NCBI RefSeq assembly: GCF_000011805.1
Contig: NC_006840.2
Direction: 5' to 3' (one strand)
From: Aliivibrio fischeri ES114
Lineage (GTDB): Bacteria > Pseudomonadota > Gammaproteobacteria > Enterobacterales > Vibrionaceae
DNA length: 32,000 bases
This document shows, piece after piece, positions 24,051 through 32,000 of this stretch (position 1 is the stretch's first letter; each line of letters begins with the position of its first letter). Both the position numbers and the translations under genes were made by a program. The notes beneath the pieces were generated by a model. That model worked only from the letters and a program-made list of their open reading frames with translations. It was not told the DNA's origin and did not search any database.

Positions 24051-24527
24051 GGAATAAAGCTCCTAAAAATGGATATAGCTGTGTTCATTATTTATTGGCT
24101 TTAAGTTGGCCGCCGAAAGCAATAAATAAATCTCCTCATTCACACAATTTTTAAATCAGAAAAGGAAAATTCAAAAATTGTAATTACCTTATATTTTTTC
24201 CTGCATACACTCCGTGCATCCATGAATAAAGACTAAACTTTCATAAAAAAACATAAAACAAAAACTTAATTTCCAATAAAAAAAATATGAGCGAGCGCAA
24301 ACTTCTTTCGTGTTAGTGATTAAGATCAAATTAAATAGATTAAAAAATATAAAAAACAGCGTTAAATATATAAAACAGTCACTTATAAATATAAAAAAAT
24401 ACTCAATGCGACTGAGATCTCTATATTTTGAAAGGAAAAGAAAAAACCAACTTTAATTTGTCGACATAGATAAGTCATTAATAATTCACTTTAAACAAAC
24501 CAAAAATAATTTAATATTTTTACCAAT

Positions 24528-24557
24528 AAAAAAAGGAGCCATATAAGGCTCCTTTTT
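24528..24557. terminator. Bidirectional-type terminator after ligA
   Basis: AAAAAAAGGAGCC-atataa-GGCTCCTTTTT. Confidence 0.75.
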
Positions 24558-24577
24558 AATAACCGAAATTATTAGTC

Positions 24578-26587
<2,010 letters not shown>

Positions 26588-26616
26588 TCATCAACTTCTT
26601 ATTCGGTTGTTCTTAA

Positions 26617-26643
26617 AATAAAAAAAAGGCTCATGATGAGCCT
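26617..26643 (-). terminator. Terminator-like hairpin between zipA and ligA
   Basis: Minus strand reads AGGCTC-atcat-GAGCCT followed by TTTTTTTTATTTT. Confidence 0.55.
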
Positions 26644-26675
26644 TTCTCATTAATCCTAATTCTATAGTAGATATT

Positions 26676-27677
26676 CTATTTACGGCAGAATACTTTTACG
26701 CGCTGCTTATATTCATCAATTTTATTTGGTGTCAGCATATCGCGTTTCTCATCCAGAACGTTACCACCTAATTCTGAACTTATCATTTGAGCCGTTTGCA
26801 ACATCAATTTAAAGTTATGCTCAGCATCGCCATAACATGGAAGCGGTAAGAAGAACGAAATCCCAGGAGTTGAGAACTCTTCACCTTCAGGGACTTGGAA
26901 ATGCCCAGGAGATACCATATTCGCGACACTAAATAGTACTTTCCCAGCTCCAGATAAATCTGAATGGCGGTGATAAATAGCCATATCACCAAATACAAGT
27001 CCATTTTGCTCTAAGCTATTGAAGAGACGATTACCACTGAATCTATCACTTCCCATACCATGGACATTAATTACAATAACATCCTCTTCTAGTTCTGGTT
27101 CTGGTTCTGGTTCTGGTTCTTCAATAATAATTTCAGGTTCTAAATAAGTCGATGTTTCAGGAATATCGACCTTAGCTTGCACAGGCTCTGGTTGAGTTAA
27201 CACCTCATCATCAATAGCAGAAAAAGAGATGGTTGGTTCTTCCCTTTTAACTGGTGCAGCAACAGGCTTAGCTTCTGGTTCAATACGACCTACTGTTGGC
27301 TCTTGTACTTGCTGTACAACCGGTTGTGGTTGTGGTTGTGGTTGAGCTTGCTGTACCGTTGGTTTTTCTTGTTGTGTAAACTTATTTGATTCAGACGAAA
27401 CCGTACCTTCAAATAATGGGTCATCAGAAGTAGGAACCTCTTCTCGAGCAAAAGCGGGCTCTTTTCGCTCTTTCTGAACAACCACGTCTTCTTTTGGTTG
27501 ATCAAACCCACGCATAGGAGCAGCTTGTTCATCATCAACGTCTGAATCAAAATCTATGTCTACTTTCTTTCCAAATTTTGAGCTCGTTTCTTTTCGACTT
27601 GTCCACAAGCCATGAAACAATAATGCCGCAATGGCCAATGCTCCAACAAGTATCAACACTAATCGCAATTCTTGCAT
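26676..27677 (-). CDS. zipA: Cell division protein ZipA
   Basis: Start at 27677 (MQELRLVLILVGALAIAALLFHGLW, N-terminal TM), a P/Q/E-rich linker and a conserved C-terminal FtsZ-binding domain. The ORF-track extension to 27752 is unlikely. Confidence 0.92.
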   Translation of the reverse strand: MQELRLVLILVGALAIAALLFHGLWTSRKETSSKFGKKVDIDFDSDVDDEQAAPMRGFDQPKEDVVVQKERKEPAFAREEVPTSDDPLFEGTVSSESNKFTQQEKPTVQQAQPQPQPQPVVQQVQEPTVGRIEPEAKPVAAPVKREEPTISFSAIDDEVLTQPEPVQAKVDIPETSTYLEPEIIIEEPEPEPEPELEEDVIVINVHGMGSDRFSGNRLFNSLEQNGLVFGDMAIYHRHSDLSGAGKVLFSVANMVSPGHFQVPEGEEFSTPGISFFLPLPCYGDAEHNFKLMLQTAQMISSELGGNVLDEKRDMLTPNKIDEYKQRVKVFCRK

Positions 27678-27961
27678 CGTTAACTCTCTGCTCTTCTGCT
27701 TTATTGAGCTTTCTCTTAAATTAAAAATAAGAAAGCTTATATCAACTATCATATGAATGTAGTTTAGTTATTATCACTAATCTACCACTACTTTCCTGTA
27801 ATGTACCAAATAATAACCCTATTGTTGAATAACAAAATGAAAGTGGTGACATAAATCTTACATTTGAACTGTTTAGTGGAACTTTATTTGCTCATATTTC
27901 ATTTATTTGTCTCAATTTTTGAGTATAGTGAACTCAACATCCACACAGTAAAATACAAATT

Positions 27962-28714
27962 ATGAATTCGTTTAAACAATCTCAATCTGGGGTTCAATAC
28001 TTTTTAAAAGGCATTTCATTAGCAATGACACCAGGCTTGCGTCGATTTGTTTTTATCCCTTTATTGATTAATTTCTTATTGCTTGGTGGCTCTTTTATTT
28101 ATTTATTTAATCAAATTGGTAGTTGGATTGACCAAATTCTAGCTCAAATACCAAGTTGGTTAGATTGGTTATCTTATTTGTTGTGGCCTTTAATTGTCAT
28201 CAGTATATTAGCCGTCTTCTCATACTTCTTTAGTACATTAGCGAACTGGATTGCCGCTCCTTTTAATGGATTACTTGCTGAACATCTTGAAGCAAAACTA
28301 ACAGGACAACCTGCACCAAGTGGCGGAGTGTTAGATGCGGTAAAAGACTTGCCTCGCATCTTCAAACGTGAATGGCAAAAGTTGAAATACTACATACCTA
28401 AAGCATTAGGCCTATTTATTCTCTTTTTTATCCCTGCAATAGGTCAAAGCATTGCACCTGTTTTATGGTTTTTATTTACCGCTTGGATGATGGCTATTCA
28501 ATATTGTGACTACCCATTTGATAATCATAAAGTTCCATTTGAAACAATGAGAGATGAACTTAAAACAAAGCGTGGGAAATGTTTATCCTTTGGTTCGCTT
28601 GTAACACTTTTTACCATGACACCAATCCTAAACCTATTTGTTATGCCAATCGCAGTTTGTGGTGCGACCGCTATGTGGGTTGATGTTTACCGTGATACAC
28701 ATAAAAACCGTTAA
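27962..28714 (+). CDS. cysZ: Sulfate transporter CysZ
   Basis: 250 aa, multi-TM. The N-terminus ([31 protein letters not shown]) is typical CysZ. Lies between zipA and cysK, as in E. coli. Confidence 0.9.
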   Translation: MNSFKQSQSGVQYFLKGISLAMTPGLRRFVFIPLLINFLLLGGSFIYLFNQIGSWIDQILAQIPSWLDWLSYLLWPLIVISILAVFSYFFSTLANWIAAPFNGLLAEHLEAKLTGQPAPSGGVLDAVKDLPRIFKREWQKLKYYIPKALGLFILFFIPAIGQSIAPVLWFLFTAWMMAIQYCDYPFDNHKVPFETMRDELKTKRGKCLSFGSLVTLFTMTPILNLFVMPIAVCGATAMWVDVYRDTHKNR

Positions 28715-28844
28715 TCCATAACTTATAACCTTTTGATCCTTTCTCAATTTAAAAACTCTTCGTATTCTAGTTGTGTTGAGTTACTCAAATTGAGTTAAAA
28801 ATAATTTATATAATCACGTTGAGCGTGAAATGAAGGAACAGATC

Positions 28845-29813
28845 ATGACAAAGATTTACGAAGATAATTCTCAAACTATTGGTAATACACCACTTGTTCG
28901 CCTAAACCGTGTAAGCAAAGGTAACGTTCTTGCAAAAGTAGAAGCTCGTAACCCTAGTTTTAGTGTTAAATGTCGTATTGGCGCCAACATGATTTGGGAA
29001 GCGGAAAAAGCTGGTACGCTAAAAGAAGGGATTGAACTAGTAGAGCCTACATCAGGTAATACAGGTATTGCGCTTGCTTTTGTTGCTGCAGCACGTGGTT
29101 ATAAACTAACTCTAACGATGCCAGCCTCAATGAGCCTTGAGCGTCGTAAACTACTTAAAGCATTAGGCGCAAACCTTGTTTTGACTGAAGCGCCTAAAGG
29201 TATGGGTGGAGCTATTGCTAAAGCTGAAGAAATTGTTGCAAGCGACCCAAGTAAGTACCTACTTCTTCAACAATTTAACAACCCAGCAAACCCTGCTATT
29301 CATGAAAAAACAACAGGTCCAGAAATTTGGGAAGCAACTGAAGGCAATGTTGATGTGTTCGTAGCCGGTGTAGGTACAGGTGGCACATTAACAGGTACAA
29401 GCCGTTACCTAAAACACACCCAGAATAAAGCCGTTCTTTCTGTTGCTGTTGAACCAGCAGAGTCTCCAGTTATTGCTCAAGCGTTAGCTGGTGAGGAGAT
29501 CAAACCTGCTCCACATAAGATCCAAGGTATTGGTGCTGGTTTCATCCCTGGTAACTTAGATCTAACACTAATTGACCGTGTTGAAGCAGTAACATCTGAA
29601 GATGCAATTGAAATGGCTCGCCGATTAATGGAAGAAGAAGGGATTCTTGCTGGTATTTCTTCTGGTGCAGCTGTAGTCGCAGCTAATCGAATTGCAGAAC
29701 TACCTGAATTTGCTAATAAACAAATTGTTGTAGTGTTACCAAGCTCTGGTGAGCGTTACTTAAGCACAGCATTGTTTGCGGGTTTGTTTACTGAACAAGA
29801 AAATGAGCAATAA
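28845..29813 (+). CDS. cysK: Cysteine synthase A (O-acetylserine sulfhydrylase)
   Basis: [22 protein letters not shown]..., PLP lysine in the PSFSVKCR motif, and GTGGT loop. I prefer the start at 28845 (AAGGA 7 nt upstream) over 28830. Confidence 0.96.
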   Translation: MTKIYEDNSQTIGNTPLVRLNRVSKGNVLAKVEARNPSFSVKCRIGANMIWEAEKAGTLKEGIELVEPTSGNTGIALAFVAAARGYKLTLTMPASMSLERRKLLKALGANLVLTEAPKGMGGAIAKAEEIVASDPSKYLLLQQFNNPANPAIHEKTTGPEIWEATEGNVDVFVAGVGTGGTLTGTSRYLKHTQNKAVLSVAVEPAESPVIAQALAGEEIKPAPHKIQGIGAGFIPGNLDLTLIDRVEAVTSEDAIEMARRLMEEEGILAGISSGAAVVAANRIAELPEFANKQIVVVLPSSGERYLSTALFAGLFTEQENEQ

Positions 29814-29851
29814 ATTTGTAACATCTATGTGTTCAAATCAATTTTTTATCC

Positions 29852-29877
29852 AAAAAAGCCCCTTCTGGGGTTTTTTT
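29852..29877 (+). terminator. Terminator after cysK
   Basis: AAAAAAGCCCC-ttct-GGGGTTTTTTT. Confidence 0.75.
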
Positions 29878-30133
29878 GTTGATTTCATTTCCCTCCTTAG
29901 TAATAATCAAGCCACTTTATTTTTAGGTGTAAAATAATTACACTCGAATACAAAGTAACAATTTTGAACTAGCTTAATATTACAAAATAAGAAAGAATGT
30001 ATAAATTACTGTCGTTAACTAATTTCGTTGAAGATAGATTGTTTCTAGGTCTATGATGTGCGAAAGTACGTGCGCAAACCGAATTGGTTAACGACACTAA
30101 TTTCAACATAAAATATAAATCGGGGTATACACA

Positions 30134-30391
30134 ATGTATTCACAAGACGTAGTAATCACTGCAGAAAACGGCCTTCACACTCGTCCAGCGGCTCAGTTCG
30201 TTAAAGAAGCAAAAGGTTTTGATGCAAAAATCACTGTTACTTCTAACGGTAAAAGTGCAAGTGCTACTAGCCTTTTCAAACTACAAACTTTAGGTCTAAC
30301 TAAAGGTACTAACGTAACTATCTCTGCTGAAGGCGCACAAGAGAAAGAAGCAGTAGACCACCTAGTTAAACTAATGGACGAGCTGCACTAA
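30134..30391 (+). CDS. ptsH: Phosphocarrier protein HPr
   Basis: 85 aa with active-site His15 in the context [18 protein letters not shown]. Confidence 0.96.
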   Translation: MYSQDVVITAENGLHTRPAAQFVKEAKGFDAKITVTSNGKSASATSLFKLQTLGLTKGTNVTISAEGAQEKEAVDHLVKLMDELH

Positions 30392-30446
30392 TCAGCTTTT
30401 CTTTATTATTTTCATTCTCTAATTTGATCAATTTTAAGGTAAAGCT

Positions 30447-32000
30447 ATGATTTCTGGCATTCTAGCATCTCCAGGTATTGCTTTTGGTAAAGCACTACTA
30501 CTTCAGGAAGATGAAATTGTCCTAAACAAAACTCCAATCTCTGATTCTCAAGTAGAAACAGAAGTTCAACGTTTCTTTGATGCTCGTAATAAGTCTTCTG
30601 AGCAATTAGAAGCTATCAAAGCAAAAGCGCTAGCAACTTTCGGCGAAGAAAAAGAAGCTATTTTTGAGGGGCACATTATGCTTCTTGAAGATGAAGAGCT
30701 AGAAGAAGAAATCTTAGCCCTTATTAAAGATGATAAAATGGCTGCAGACTTTGCTATTCACTCTGTAATTGAAGAGCAAGCGTGTGCACTAGAGTCATTA
30801 GATGATGATTATCTAAAAGAGCGCGCTACAGATATCCGTGATATCGGTAGCCGCTTTGTTAAAAACGCACTAGGCATCAACATTGTTTCACTAAGTGATA
30901 TCAATGAAGAAGTAATCCTAGTTGCTAACGACCTTACTCCTTCAGAAACAGCACAAATCAACCTAGACTACGTTCTTGGTTTTGCTTGTGACATCGGTGG
31001 TCGTACATCTCATACATCTATCATGGCGCGTTCTCTTGAGCTTCCTGCTATCGTTGGTACTAACGATATCACTAAGCAAGTGAAAAATGGCGACATGCTA
31101 ATTCTTGATGCTGTTAACAACAAAATTGTTATCAACCCATCAGAAGCTGAACTAACTGAATCTAAAAAAATCCGTGACGACTTAGTTGCAGAGAAAGAAG
31201 AGTTAGCAAAACTTAAAGACCTACCAGCTATCACTCTAGATGGTCACCAAGTAGAAGTTTGCGGTAACATCGGTACAGTTAAAGACTGTGACGGTATTAT
31301 CCGTAACGGTGGTGAAGGTGTTGGTCTGTATCGTACAGAATTCCTATTCATGGATCGTGATGCACTTCCTACTGAAGAAGAGCAATATGTTGCTTATAAA
31401 GAAGTAGCAGAAGCGATGCATGGTGAACCAGTGATCATCCGTACAATGGATATCGGTGGTGATAAAGATCTACCATACATGGATCTTCCAGAAGAAATGA
31501 ACCCATTCCTAGGCTGGCGTGCGGTTCGTATTAGCTTAGACCGTCGTGAAATCCTACGTGACCAATTACGTGGTATTCTACGTGCATCAGCACACGGTAA
31601 GCTACGTATCATGTTCCCAATGATCATTTCTGTTGAAGAAATCCGTGAACTGAAAAAAGCGATTGAAGAATACAAAGCAGAACTTCGTGCTGAAGGTCAT
31701 GCATTTGACGAAAACATCGAAATCGGTGTAATGGTTGAAACTCCTGCAGCTGCAGCGATTGCACACCACCTAGCTAAAGAAGTGAGCTTCTTCTCTATCG
31801 GTACTAACGACTTAACACAATATACTCTTGCTGTTGACCGTGGTAACGAAATGATTTCTCACCTATACAACCCACTATCTCCAGCGGTTCTGCTTGTAAT
31901 CAAGCAAGTAATCGACGCTTCTCATAAAGAAGGCAAATGGACTGGTATGTGTGGTGAGCTAGCAGGTGATGAGCGTGCAAGCCTACTTCTTCTAGGTATG
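30447..32000 (+). CDS. ptsI: PTS enzyme I, N-terminal 518 codons (runs off window end)
   Basis: The ATG at 30447 gives [25 protein letters not shown]... The active-site region [21 protein letters not shown] is present. The frame is open to 32000, so it is not listed in the ORF track. Confidence 0.95.
   Translation, partial: MISGILASPGIAFGKALLLQEDEIVLNKTPISDSQVETEVQRFFDARNKSSEQLEAIKAKALATFGEEKEAIFEGHIMLLEDEELEEEILALIKDDKMAADFAIHSVIEEQACALESLDDDYLKERATDIRDIGSRFVKNALGINIVSLSDINEEVILVANDLTPSETAQINLDYVLGFACDIGGRTSHTSIMARSLELPAIVGTNDITKQVKNGDMLILDAVNNKIVINPSEAELTESKKIRDDLVAEKEELAKLKDLPAITLDGHQVEVCGNIGTVKDCDGIIRNGGEGVGLYRTEFLFMDRDALPTEEEQYVAYKEVAEAMHGEPVIIRTMDIGGDKDLPYMDLPEEMNPFLGWRAVRISLDRREILRDQLRGILRASAHGKLRIMFPMIISVEEIRELKKAIEEYKAELRAEGHAFDENIEIGVMVETPAAAAIAHHLAKEVSFFSIGTNDLTQYTLAVDRGNEMISHLYNPLSPAVLLVIKQVIDASHKEGKWTGMCGELAGDERASLLLLGM

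Overview
Low-GC chromosomal window that looks Vibrionaceae-like (Vibrio/Aliivibrio type), judged from gene content and synteny. Positions 1-18.6 kb hold the polar-flagellum flg region. On the minus strand: the 5' end of a flagellin gene, flgL-K-J-I-H-G-F-E-D-C-B, cheR and cheV. Then divergent flgA-flgM-flgN on the plus strand, convergent flgP-flgO on the minus strand, and flgT on the plus strand. The regulatory layer is unusually legible. Five exact sigma54 elements (TGGCAY-N5-TTGC) lie in front of the flagellin gene, flgK, flgJ, flgF and flgB, and there are extra weaker tandem copies. Three exact sigma28 elements (TAAA-N15-GCCGATAR) flank flgA, and one of them lies inside the flgA coding sequence reading toward cheV. 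Hairpin terminators divide the cluster into separate units. A box family TTGCC(G/T)CTT is strongly over-represented upstream of the sigma54 promoters and inside the flagellar genes. Positions 18.6-24.5 kb are the less conserved part. They carry a very AT-rich gene for a periplasmic TPR protein anchored by a C-terminal TM helix, followed by an unannotated 57-codon secreted Cys-peptide ORF. Next come gltX, a YccT/DUF2057-like lipoprotein with a duplicated C-terminal motif, and a porin with a 0.5-kb A-tract-rich upstream region. Positions 24.5-32 kb hold the enterobacterial-type block ligA-zipA / cysZ-cysK-ptsH-ptsI (ptsI runs off the window). I found no rRNA, tRNA, CRISPR, transposase, integrase or recognisable defence or toxin genes. 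The most novel candidates are the TPR plus small-peptide unit next to flgT and the repeated regulatory motifs. Neither amounts to a demonstrated new system. All motif counts and chance expectations here are manual estimates, not computed values.
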